From: Parvularia atlantis
Taxonomy: Eukaryota
Assembly: GCA_943704415.1 (NCBI GenBank)
Contig: CALSCO010001383.1
Coordinates: forward strand, 1 to 35,833
Direction: 5' to 3'
DNA length: 35,833 nt
A program made the position numbers and the translations under genes. This document shows positions 1-10,995 of the stretch, in pieces. The notes under the pieces are model-generated. The model did not search any database and was not told where the DNA came from. It was given only the letters and a program-made list of their open reading frames with translations. Numbering within the stretch: position 1 is the stretch's first letter; every line of letters begins with the position of its first letter.

Positions 1-14
1 GGGGGGGGGCGCAC

Positions 15-980
15 CTGCACGGGGTTGTACACAAAGGTCATGTCGTCGATGATGTCGATCGTCGGCACGAGCACGCGCGTCGGATCCTCGGCGATGCGCG
101 CGATCATCGGCTGCAACCAGTCGTTGTTGACCTCGCAGTGGCTGTCGAGGAACACGAGCACGTCGGCCTCGGCGTCTGCGCGTGCGCACGTGCCGTGAGC
201 AGGCGGGCCGCGGCCGCGGGAAGGAGGGGGGTGCGGCGCACTCGCGGCGTCGGCGCCGATGGTGCGCGCGCGGATGAGGCCCTCGGTCTGGCGGTTCTGG
301 ATGAGCGTGACCTTGGGGTTGGACTCGAACGACTTGAACAGCTGCGCAGGTCGCGGCTCAGCCATCGCGATGACGTGCGGCCGGGCGCGCGCGCACCTCG
401 TGCAGCTCGGCGTGGTACTTGCTGAGCGAGCTGGGCGCGATGGACGGGTCGAGCGGGTAGAACAGCTGGGCGTCGGCATTGTCGTCGACAAGGATGATCT
501 CGCTGAGCAGGTGCGGCGGCGTGCGCTCGAGCACGGTGTGCACGGTGCGGCCCTATCGCGGTTAGGGACGCGCGTGAGCGCTTCGGCGTCGTGTCGCGGA
601 CACAGGCGGCCCGGCGCACGAGCATCAACGCGGTCTCGTTGCGGAAGCAGATGACGACGGCGGTCTTGGGCAGGTCGAGCGGGTACGTCAGACGGTGGCA
701 CTTGCTCGGGCGCGAGTCCGGGATGTCGCGCGCGAGCGGCCAGTGCTTGCGCTCGGCGGGCAAGCCGTCCTCTGCGCGGCACGCGTGGCGCACCCGCACC
801 GCGTGTGTCAGGCGCCACGGCCCGCCACGGCGCGCGCGCGGCAGGCCACACACGCAGATCCTGCAGCTTGGCGGTGAGCGGGCGGTTGTCTTGCGGTTTC
901 CTGTAGGCCGTGTAGAAGAGCACGACGGCCGTGGCCAGCAGCACGAGCAGCACGAGGCGGCGGCTCACTCGTAGCGCCAT
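15..980 (-). CDS. GALNT: Polypeptide N-acetylgalactosaminyltransferase (GT27), N-terminal part; multi-exon, truncated at window start
   Basis: Spliced translation: type II anchor [23 protein letters not shown], then [71 protein letters not shown] (DxH motif), [12 protein letters not shown] at 980; last visible exon ends at 15 before a GTGCGC donor. Confidence 0.93.
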
Positions 981-1032
981 CCTCTAGTGCTAAATTGTGA
1001 TCTGATGGTACATATTGCCTCACCGCCGCACC

Positions 1033-2609
1033 TCATAGCACGTTCTCGAGCTGGTCCTCGGGCGTGCGCTTGGCGCGGTAGTACGCGTCCGTCCCGAAGC
1101 CCTCCATCGACTTGAGCTGGATCGACCCGCCCAGGTACTCGGCGTGCACGCGCGCCAGCAGCAGCCCAAACCCGACGCCCGCCATCGGCGCAGCGACCAG
1201 CGGCGGCTCCATCGGCAGCGCCCCGGGCGGCAGCGGCGCGGTCACGGTCGCGGCCCCGGGCGTGAGCGCGACGGGGCTGTACTCGCGTCTGGGAGCGGTC
1301 GTGTAGGCAAAGTTCCACACCTGCCGCGCCGGGCGGTCAGCATGCAGCGCCCGCGGCCGCCTCCCCCCCACTGCGCGCCTTGCTCAGGTACTCGAACGGG
1401 ATGCCCCCGCCCTCGTCCGACACGCGAAACATGACGTCCTTGGCGCTCTCGGCGATCGTGACGATGACGGGCGGCAGGTCGCCCTCGGGCGTGACGGGCT
1501 GCCAGAGGCGCGTGAGCCAGCGCCGCGCCGCGCACCGCGTGCCGCACCCGGCTCAGGTCGGCGTCGCTCGTGTCTTCGAGCAGCTCGACGTAGCCCTCCT
1601 TCTCGACAATGGCGCGCATCGAGTTCTTGACCAGGTCGTGCAGCACAAACTGCGCTCGAAGGTCAGATGAAGCGCACTCACCACGCGGCAGCACGCGCGG
1701 TAGGCACCTCAATGTGCTCGGGCACGCCCGCGAGTGTCGCGTCTAAGTGGCCCTCGACGCGCACGTCCGGCGCGACGCCGTACGCGCGCTTGCACACGGT
1801 GCGCGAAATGTCGGCCGCGCGCCGCAACATCGTCTCGGCCGGCAGCGACGACGCCAGCACGCCAACGTAGCCGTCCTGCGCGCACGTGTGCCATCCGTCA
1901 GGCTCGGGCGCGCGCGCGCCTGCCGCTGCGCGTGCCTCGTGCGGCTGCGCCTCCGACAGCCGGATGTGCTGCTGCACAATGAGCCGACGCGCGAGGCGCG
2001 ACCGCAGCGTGCGCGTGAGGAACTGCTCGATCTGCTCCTCGGGCAGGTTGCCTGCGCGGCGGCATGTGGTCGGCCCGGCGCACGCCACGGGCCCGCGTGC
2101 CAGTCGCCTTACCGATGCTCTCCTTGAAGCCACGCGAGAGCAGCGGGACGACGGCCTGGTGCTCGCGCAGCTTCTGCATGAGCGCGGTGCACAACTGGCG
2201 GTTCTCCTGCACCGCGGTGAGCAGCGCGCCGCGCAGACGAAGCAGCTGGCCAGCACACCTCGACCGTGCGGATCTCGGGCACCTTGCGGAACGTGTCAAA
2301 CGCGTCCCAGTACAGCTCGTAAACGTGATTGATGCTCTTGTTCGTGCCGACGATGAACGGCAGCTGCTGGAACGAGGCGATGCGGTGCGCCAGGCGCACG
2401 GGCAGCTCCTCGCGGACGTAATTGGCGCTTTGCGTCGTCGTCCGCAAATGTCAGCACGTCGCGCAGAGCAGTGCCCGATAGCGCACACGCCTGCGCAGCA
2501 GCTTGCGCTCGCTCATGTGCTTGCCAAAGTTGATCAGCTCCTTCAGGCTGAGGCGCGTGGGCTGCCGCGCGAGGTACTGCTCGAGCACGGCGTTGCGGTA
2601 GAACGACAT
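1033..2609 (-). CDS. Mitochondrial branched-chain ketoacid / pyruvate dehydrogenase kinase family protein (BCKDK/PDK), multi-exon
   Basis: [67 protein letters not shown] (N box), [11 protein letters not shown] (G1), [35 protein letters not shown] (G2). Stop TGA 1033-1035. Start codon inferred. Confidence 0.9.
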
Positions 2610-2755
2610 GCGCGCTCTGTTCCCGCACTGTGTCACACTTGTGAACTTTATTAACGGCTGTCGGCGTGGCTTCCTGCTGCGCCCGCGCCGCGCCGCGCAG
2701 TGCACAGTGCGCGCGGCGCAGTGCCACTCTCTTCTCCCGCCGCACCGTGCGCGCC

Positions 2756-2798
2756 CGCCCGCCCTGTCGCCCGTCCTGTCGCCCGCCCTGTCGCCCGC
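2756..2798. repeat. 12-bp tandem repeat (CGCCCGCCCTGT) x about 3.6 in a divergent intergenic region
   Basis: Direct reading: cgcccgccctgt cgcccgtcctgt cgcccgccctgt cgcccgc. Contains CCGCCC GC-box-like cores. Confidence 0.8.
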
Positions 2799-2842
2799 GA
2801 AGTGTCGCACTGCCTCACTCGCACGTGCACACAGCCGCGACC

Positions 2843-3992
2843 ATGGCCGGCGACCGCGGCGGCCCAGGCGACGCGATCGCCCTCGGCGACCTCGAAAAGG
2901 GCGCGCGCGACGGGCCCGGGGTGATCATCCCGTCCGAGCCCGTCAAAAACAGTGCGCCCAAGGAGGAGGAGCAGCTGTGGGGCGTGCCGATCAAGTACCT
3001 CTCGCTCTTCATCCTCGTCTTTCAGAACAGCACGCTGGTCATCGTCATGCGCTACTCGCGCATCATGCCCGGCGACATGTTCTTCTCGTCCACGGCCGTG
3101 GTCGTGTCCGAGATGCTCAAGATGCTCACGTGCTGCCTCATCGTCTGGGCCGCCGAGAAGTACAACACGCGCGCTTTTGTGCAGCGGTGTGCGCGCGCAC
3201 GCACCAGGGCGCCCCGAGCCGCCTGCGCCGCGGCTGACGCACGCGCTGGTGTGCACACGCAGGCTACGCGAGGACATCGTCGACAAGCCCGTCGAGACGC
3301 TCAAGCTGGCCGTGCCCGCGATCCTCTACACCGTCCAGAACAACCTGCAGTACGTGGCCGTGTCCAATCTTGACGCGGCCACGTTCCAGGTGACGTACCA
3401 GCTCAAGATCCTCACCACAGCCGTCTTCTCCGTGCTCATGCTCGGCAAGACGCTCTCGCCAATCAAGTGGTGGTCGCTCATCGTCCTCACTGTCGGCGTG
3501 GGTCTGGTCCAGATCCCGCCCGACTACTTCTCGGGCCACGCGCCGGACGAGAAGCCGCACCAGAACACGCTCGTGGGTCTGCTGGCCGTGTTCACGGCCT
3601 GCCTCATGTCGGGCTTCGCCGGCGTCTACTTTGAGAAGCTGCTCAAGGGCTCTGAGGTGAGCGTGTGGATGCGCAACATCCAGCTCGGCCTCTTTGGCGC
3701 GGCCATCGGCATGCTCGGCGTCCTCGTAAAGGACGGCGCCGAGATCGCCGACAAGGGCTTCTTCTACGGCTACAACTATGTCACGTGGATGGCCATCGCC
3801 AACCAGGCGCTCGGGGGGCTGCTCGTGGCCGTCGTTGTCAAGTACGCCGACAACATCCTCAAGGGCTACGCCACATCCATTTCGATCATCATCTCGGCCA
3901 TCGCCTCGGTCTACCTGTTCGACTTTGAGCTCTCGACGCTCTTCGCCCTCGGCTCGTCCATGGTCATCGCCGCCGTGTACATGTACTCGTAG
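2843..3992 (+). CDS. Golgi nucleotide-sugar transporter, SLC35A2/A3 (UDP-Gal/UDP-GlcNAc) family; 2 exons, intron 3187-3262
   Basis: [118 protein letters not shown]. Confidence 0.93.
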
Positions 3993-4019
3993 TGGCGCGG
4001 CAGCCCTCGACAAAAACGA

Positions 4020-5485
4020 TCAAACGGGAAAGTCTGCGGCGCGCGCGGTGTGTGTGTGTGTGTGTAAGCGCGGCACGTTGGCGGCGGCGGCAGCGGGCAC
4101 GCGCGGCACGCACACACAATGACGAGCTTGGCGATGCCGAACGACGCCGCCGCGGCGAGCGAGCCCACGAGCGTCGTCTCGAACGAGCTGTACAGCAGGT
4201 TGGCCGAGCCTTCCATTCGCCCCTGCGTGCGCACACGCGAGCGTCAGGCATGGCTCACGCTGGCTGCATGACGCCACCACCTTCATGAGCCCAAACACGG
4301 CCAGCGCTAGCACGGTCAGCCCGATGCTGATGTACAGCGCAATGAACGCGTTCGACTCGAAAAAGTACGGGAAGATCTGCGCGCGGCGGGGGCTCAGGCG
4401 TCCGGTGGCAAGCGCGCGCGGCCGCAGGCACATGCGCACCGGCACCAGCCCGCCGACAAAGTACGAGCCGCCAATCGTCAGCGCGCTCTGCCGGCCCGCA
4501 CACGTCAGTCCCACTCACGCCCAGTTGCAAGCATGCAGACCTGCCACGCCCGGTGCTTGGACGGCTTCTCGAGGTTGAGCTCGAAGCGCATCATAAAGTC
4601 GACAAACTTCGTCTTGTTGGCCGAGAGGGTCTCGAGCATCGGCTGCAGCGTGACCTGGTCGAGCCCGTACGGCTCAAAGATCTCGACGATTTCCTTTGCG
4701 CGCACCCGTCAGCCCCGCGCGTGGCCCGACGCGCCCACCGCGCGCACCTGCAGCTCGCGCTGGAGGCAGTTGTCGACCTGCGCAGACGTAAGTCATCGCG
4801 GGCGTGCACACTGCACTCGCGCACACCTCCCAGTCCTCGCGCCGCCGCTCGTTGTGGTAGTGCTCCATCTCGGAGCGGCCCGCCAGCCAGCCACCGAGGC
4901 CCTGACGCGCGCACGGTGTGAGCGCGGTAGTGCCCCGTGAGGCGCGGAAGCACGCCACCATCGATATCGCGCCCGCGACGATTTCTGCGCACGCCCGCCC
5001 CTCAGCACCACGGTCACGACCCGTGCAGCCCTGCGCGCACCCGCCAGGCCCGCCGTCACGACGAGGTTGGACGTGCCCAGGTTCGACAGGCCCGCGGTGA
5101 GCGCGAACGGCACCGTCAGACCGTCAGACAGCCCGATGACGATGTCCTGAATGATCTGCGACCGCGCACCGCGTCGGTACACACACATGCGGCCGCGCGC
5201 AATCGCCCGATGGCCGTGCCGCCCGCCGCGACGCACCTCGGCGCCGTGGAAGTGCCGCTCGGTGTGGTCGATGAGACTTGAGTGTACCGACGCCTTGTCT
5301 GTGGGCGCGCGCACGCGGCCTCAGCGCCGGCGCGCGGCACCGGCCAGCCAAGTCCGCGCACCCTCGTCGCCTTCCACCGCCACGGCCGTGTGCGCCGCCG
5401 CACCCGCGCTGCCCTCGCCGCGCGCGGTGCCGTGCTCAAGCAAGCCGTCGCTGGAGTTGAGCAGGGCCAGAGCCATCGAGTCCAT
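4020..5485 (-). CDS. VIT1: Vacuolar iron/manganese transporter, VIT1/CCC1 family, about 10 exons
   Basis: IQDIVIGLSDGLTVPFALTAGLS, AGLAEIVAGAISM, GLGGWLAGRSE, FVDFMMRFELNLEKP, SALTIGGSYFVGGLVP. Last exon gives ..VIVYFPV* (TGA 4020-4022). Start at 5485 or 5476. Confidence 0.92.
4048..4065. repeat. (GT)9 microsatellite within the last VIT1 intron
   Basis: Direct reading. Confidence 0.85.
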
Positions 5486-5500
5486 GATGGCCGCAGAAGT

Positions 5501-8500
5501 ATGACGGACGAGCCGGTCTTTGAGCGCGGTGCGGCGTCGCAGTTGCAGCGCGGACTGCGCACTGACGGCGGACGTGGCGCGCGCGTACTGCAGCCAAGTC
5601 GTTCCCGACGTGGCTGCTCGGGCGCACGTCGGCCGCGCTCGTGCCGCTCGGGCTGCGCGACGAGGACGAGGCGCGGCGCGCGGCCGAGGCCGAGGCGCGC
5701 GACTCGAGCGGCGACGACGAGCCGGGCGGGCGCCGGCGCCGGCACCACCGCGACGAGCGGCGCGAGCGCAAGAAGCACAAGCACAAGCACAAGCACCGCC
5801 GCGGCGAGAGCGCGAGCGACGCCGATGCCGCGCCCGAGGAGCCGCGCTTCCGCCTGGCAATCAAGGTGCGCCGCCACGACTGCCACCACCTAACCGCTGA
5901 CGGCACGCCGCGCGCAGGACCGCGCCGAGTCGGACGCGGACGAGCCTGCGCCGGAGCGGTGCGCGCGCGTGGTTGCACGGCTGCTCTCGTGTGACGGTCG
6001 CGATCGGCAGACGCGCGCCATCGGCAACGGCACGGGCCGCTCTGCCATCGTCGGCCGGCGGCCAGATGCTGCTCGGCGGCCCGCCCTACTTCACCGACCG
6101 CCAGGGCGACCGCGAGAACCTCGTCTACCAGAGCCTGTACAAGGCCGACATCCCGCGCTACCGCGCGCGCCGCGCCGGCCCCGCGCTCGGCCTGCCGCGC
6201 CAGTACCGCATGGCGCTCTCTCCCGACAAGGTCGTCCTGTTTATCACGCAGGCTGACGCGATTCGCAAGCTGCAGGTGTGCGCGCTGCTGCCGCCTCACG
6301 TGCAGTCGCTGACGCGCTGTCAGATCTCGGAGCGCTATTTTGGCCGCCAGCAGCTGATGCAGATGGAGCAGGACGCGCCGCTACTGATGCTGCCGCGGCC
6401 GATGGCCAACGCCAGGGAGGTGCGCGCGCCGTGGTTTGTGCCCGTGAGCGAAATCGTCGAGCTCGAGAGCGAGGCGCGGCCGAGCGGTGCGCCGTATACG
6501 CCATGCGCTGTGCGCTGCGCGGCTGACCCTGCGCAGCTGTAGGCACTGCGGGCGAGCGCGGCACGGACGACAAGGACGAGCAGAGCATCTGGAGCTTCAT
6601 CGGTGTGTCGCCGTCGGCGTCGTCCAAGCCGCGTGATGCCGCTGCGGCGGCGGCCGCGGCTGCCGAGGCCGCCAACGACACGCCGCGGCAGCAGCTGTAC
6701 AAACGGCAGAACATCGAGTTCAACAAGAAGCTGCACGAGGTGCGTGCGCAGTGCACCGGCCGCGGGTGCGGCTGCTGATGCATCGCTGCGCGAGAAACGC
6801 AGAACCCGCGCGACGTGCAGCTCTGGCGCAAGTTTGTGGAGTTCCAGGGCACGGGCTATATGTCGGTGGTGTCGCGGCGGCTCACGGCAACGGCACGGGC
6901 GGCGCTGTTTGACCGCAAGATCGCCATCCTCGAGCGCGCGCTGAAGGAGAACGCGGGCAACGAGGACCTGATGAGCGACCTGATGGTCGCACAGGAGGAG
7001 CGCCTCGAGTGCGTGCGCGCGCCTGCCCTGGTGGCTGCGGCTGACTTGGCCCCGCGCTGCGCCGCACAGCCCCACCAGCCTGCTCAACAAGTGGGAGGCC
7101 ATGCTCAAGCTGCACCCGCAGTCGGTGCGCCTGTGGTCGCTCTACCTCTCATTCCGGTGCCGCCACTTTGCAACATTCCGCGTCACGTCCGTGTTCGAGG
7201 CGCACGGCAAGGTGCATGCAGCCGGTCGCCCCGCGCTCGCTTACCCCTCTGCGCCAGGCACTGCGCACGGTGAAGCCGCCGGCGACCGTCAGCATCACGA
7301 CCGACTCGGCCGCGCTCGTCGGCCACGCCACAGGCCATGCGCAGCTGTTTGTGCTGCTGCGCTTGCTCGTACTGCTACTCAACGCCGGTGCGTTCTAGTG
7401 CTGTCGCAAGGTCGCGGTGGCCAACCAGAGAGCGCGCTGCTGTAGGGCACACGGAGCGCGCCCTGTCGATCGCGCAGGCCGTGCTCGAGCTCAACTGCTA
7501 CTGCCCCGCGGCGCTCGAGCGGGCGGGCCTAGAGCGCCGCGTGGAGGAGCTCGGGCGGTACTGGGCGAGCAACCTACCGCGCGTGGGCGAGGAGGGCCAC
7601 GTGCCGTGGTCGATGTGGTACGACAGCGCGGCCGACGCCTTTGCAGGCGCGCCAAAGGGCACGGCCGAGGGCGACAGCGCGACCGCCGAGGCCGCGGTTC
7701 TCTCGGAGGACGTCTCGCTCGTGGACAAGTGGGAGCGCCTTGAGACGGCGCGGTCGCAGCGCGACTGGCTGCCGTCGCGCGACCCGGACTGTGCGTGCGG
7801 CTCGCCGCGTCTGCGCTCGACGCTGACACATGAGCAGACGTCGCCGACCCGGAGCGCCTCGTCTTGCTGGACGACATCGCGTCGGCGCTGTTCCTGGTTA
7901 AGTCCGACGTCGAGCGCGCCGCGCTCGTTCAGACCGTCCTGAGCGCGCTCGGCGTCCCGCTGGCACGTGTTCGAGTGCGGACGGGGCTGCGGCTGACGCG
8001 CTGCCGCGCCAGTTTGGCTTCTCGCGGCTCGGCTCAGCGCACACGGGCTTCTTCGACGCCTCGTTGCTCGTAGCGACGCAGGACGCGCTTGTGCCGCCTT
8101 CGGGCATGCTGACGTCGCTGGTGCGGCGGCTGCAGCCGGTCGTGCTAGCCAGTCGCGGCTCACCGTCCGCGCTGCGCCAGCCACCGGTCTTCCCGTACGC
8201 GCCCGAGCTGCTCCTCCCGGACCCGCAGCTACACGCGCGTGACGCGACAGCATGGGCTACCTGGGGCACGGCCGTCCGCGCCGCGTTCTCGCTCGCGCCC
8301 AAGGTCGCCTTTGCGCGGTACGCTACCAACGGCCGTGGTGCGCTCCTCTCATGCGCGCGCGCATAGCCGCCTGTTTGCGACGGCCGTGGAGCTGTGCCCG
8401 GATGACGGCGTCCTGCCGGCCGCGTGGATCGCCTGGGAGTACGCCCTGCACCCGCCAGCGTGCGTGCGCGTGCAGGGCAGCACCGGTCACGCGTCCTGAC

Positions 8501-10144
8501 TGGCCGTGTGCCGCAGCGCCAAGCAGGTCGCCAAGCAGCTGCTCAAGACGCGCCGCGAGGACGTCACGCTGTGGCAGATGTACGCCTGCACCGAGCTGCA
8601 CCAAGGGCGCGACGACGAGGTGCGTGCGGCTGCGTGCGTCGCTGCCCCGGCTGAGCGCGCGGCTCAGGCGCGCAAGGTGTACAAGAACGCGTTGCTGCTC
8701 GCGCTGCACCGGGCCTCGGTGTCCCCGGACGCCGGTGCGCGCGTGCTGGCCACGATCGCGCGCTGCTGGTGCACGATGGAGCTCGCGCGGGTGCGCTCAG
8801 CATGCATGTCGGTGCAGCGCGCTCACGCGTCGGCGCAGGGGTCAGAGGAGCGCGGCATTGCGGTGCTCGTCAGCGCTGCGACGGGGCAGTCCGTTGAGCC
8901 GGGCGCCGTTGCGGGCACGGTAATGCAAGAGGCGCGGGCGCGGCTGCTGGCCAGGGCGGCGGCCTCGTTCGACGATGCGGTCAACCTCGCCCTGTTTGTC
9001 CTTGCGACGCAGAGCAAGCTGGACGCGTGTCTGCGCAGCCTCGAGGCACGTGCGAGGAGGGCCGTGCAGCGGTCGCAGTGCTCACCGCGGCGCGCGGCGC
9101 GTGCACAGGAGGCGTCGCTCGCGTTGGCGACCAACGGGCAACCGCTCTACGCGGAGCTGACTGCGATGGCGTGCGTTGTGCTGGCCTGCGTCGCCGGCTT
9201 TCTCGCGGCTCACTGTGCGCTGCAGCTGCCTCACTGCCGTTCGCGTGCATGCACGGCTCAGCCAGGCGCTCGTGCCACCGATGACAATCGTCGCAACGCT
9301 CAAGTCGGGTGCGTGGGCGCGCAGCGGCGGACGAAGAGGCTGACAGGCGCGAGCAGCCTACGCGCGCTTCCCGTACAACATGTACCTGCTCGGGAGCCTG
9401 CTGAGCGAGCTGGCGACGATGCCCGTCGGCGTGCTGTCCACAGGCGACTTGCTGCGCATGTGCGTCGCTTGCACACACAACGCGTGCACGCCGTCGCTCA
9501 CACGCCCCGCACCCAGTGACATGCAGCGGCGGCCGTCGTGGAGCACGTGGCTGGCGGCAATCGTGAGCGAGTGGCGGCAGCCGCAGCCCAACCGCGTGCG
9601 CATCCGCTCGCTCGTCGTGCGCGCGGTCGAGTCGGACGCGTGCGTGGCGGCGACCGGGTCGGGCGGGGATGGTGGCGCTCACCCTGCGCTCGATGCGTAC
9701 AGTGGCCGCCTGTGCCCGCTCCTGTGGAAGCTCTACCTCGCGCTCGAGCACGGCAAGCTCGACCGGCTGAAGCACGTCTACTACCGCGCCGTGCGTGAGT
9801 GCCCCGGGTCGAAAGGTGTGTGCGCGCGCGCGCGCCCTCGCGAGCCGCGATCGGCTGATGTCGGCGTCGCGCCAGACCTGCACGAGGCGGCGCTCGCGCT
9901 CGTCAGCCGCGCGCGGCCCAACGCGGCGGCGGCGGCGGCCGAGGAGGACACGGCGCTTCTGGGCGAATTCTTCGCGGTGATGGAGGAGAAGGAGCTGCGG
10001 CTGCGCGTGCTGCTGGAGGAGGTCGCGCCGGCGGCCGCTGCGAGCGACGACGAGGGCAGCGACGCCGCGCCGGTGCCGGCGGCGGCCGTGCGCGCGCCGA
10101 TGGACGACGACGAAGAGCGTGGGGAGCAAGACGATGCCATGTAA
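5501..10144 (+). CDS. NRDE2: NRDE2 (nuclear exosome regulator / nuclear RNAi and splicing factor), more than 20 exons
   Basis: Basic K/H-rich N-terminus; YFTDRQGDRENLVYQSLYKADIPRY; EFNKKLHENPRDVQLWRKFVEFQ; KIAILERALKEN; AGHTERALSIAQAVLELN; YWASNLPRVGEEG; CPLLWKLYL, YYRAVRECPGSK, VMEEKELRLR. Stop TAA 10142-10144. First exon inferred. Confidence 0.88.
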
Positions 10145-10178
10145 GGTGCCCGAACACAGATGGACGGGCGGCTGTGCC

Positions 10179-10515
10179 TCACGAGCTGCCTTCGCCTGCT
10201 GCCGCGACTGCGCGCGCGCACACGGCCGTGAGTACGATGCGCACGATCACGGCGGAGAGGGCGGTGCGCACGCACGCGGGTACGACGTGGGCAGCTGTGT
10301 CTTGTTCTGGATGCCGAGGGTGCGGCGCAGCCACGGCCCGGCGAGGACGAGCGCGGGGCCTGCGTCGCACGGGTGAGCCGTGCACGGCCTGCGCGCACAC
10401 ACGTTCACGCACCGAGCAGCCCGACGAAGACCGACATGACGACGACGGGCTCGCGCGCCGCGAACGTGCGCAGCGTCGTCCACGACGAGGCCGCCGAGCC
10501 GACGAACGACGCCAT
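10179..10515 (-). CDS. NDUFA3: Complex I accessory subunit NDUFA3/NI9M (B9), 71 aa; exons 10515-10413, 10359-10276, 10207-10179
   Basis: Spliced: MASFVGSAASSWTTLRTFAAREPVVVMSVFVGLLGPALVLAGPWLRRTLGIQNKTQLPTSYPLAAAGEGSS*. The EP-hydrophobic-GP...RR.LG...P.SYP pattern resembles fungal NI9M. Not present as a single ORF in the track. Confidence 0.78.
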
Positions 10516-10604
10516 GCTGGCTGCAATGAACCAGCCCTCTCTACGCCCACTACGCATTGTCGCACACGCGCGCAGTAGAAATGGTCGGTCACTTTCATCG
10601 CGTG

Positions 10605-10946
10605 ATGGCGGCGGTCGTGCTCGGCGGACGCGCGGCGCTCTTCCCGCGCCTCGGCACGACGGCGGCGGCGGCAGCGGCTACAGCGGGGATTGCTGGGCTA
10701 CTGCGCACGCCGCTCGACGCGCTGCGCGAGCTCTGGGACGGCCTGCTGCGCGCCGTTCCCAAGAAGAAGGTCTCGCACTCGCGCAAGCGCATGCGCTCGG
10801 CGCACAAGGGCCTCGAGCCGCTGCGCAACATCGTCCGGTGCCCGACGTGCGGCGGGCCGCGGTTGATGCACCACCTGTGCCGCGCGTGCCTGCGCGACGT
10901 GCAGAACGGCACGGGTGGGCCGCCGCGCGAGGCCGCGACGACGTGA
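10605..10946 (+). CDS. MRPL32: Mitochondrial ribosomal protein bL32m, intronless (alternative start 10581)
   Basis: Presequence followed by LLRAVPKKKVSHSRKRMR..CPTCGGPRLMHHLCRAC zinc-ribbon L32 motif. Confidence 0.92.
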   Translation: MAAVVLGGRAALFPRLGTTAAAAAATAGIAGLLRTPLDALRELWDGLLRAVPKKKVSHSRKRMRSAHKGLEPLRNIVRCPTCGGPRLMHHLCRACLRDVQNGTGGPPREAATT

Positions 10947-10995
10947 GCCGCGCCGTTTGTGTGGGTCTCTCATGATGAATGGTGCCTGTTCACTC

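Noticed and set aside
1..9. G-run at the start and C-run at the end (35825-35833) as telomeres or terminal inverted repeats
   Set aside because: Simple homopolymers. The left one lies inside a GALNT intron; both are probably assembly break points.
5492..5503. Spliced-leader trans-splice acceptors before start codons
   Set aside because: AG occurs shortly before some ATGs (NRDE2, MRPS34, NOL11) but not others (KIF1, NEPRO), so there is no consistent support.
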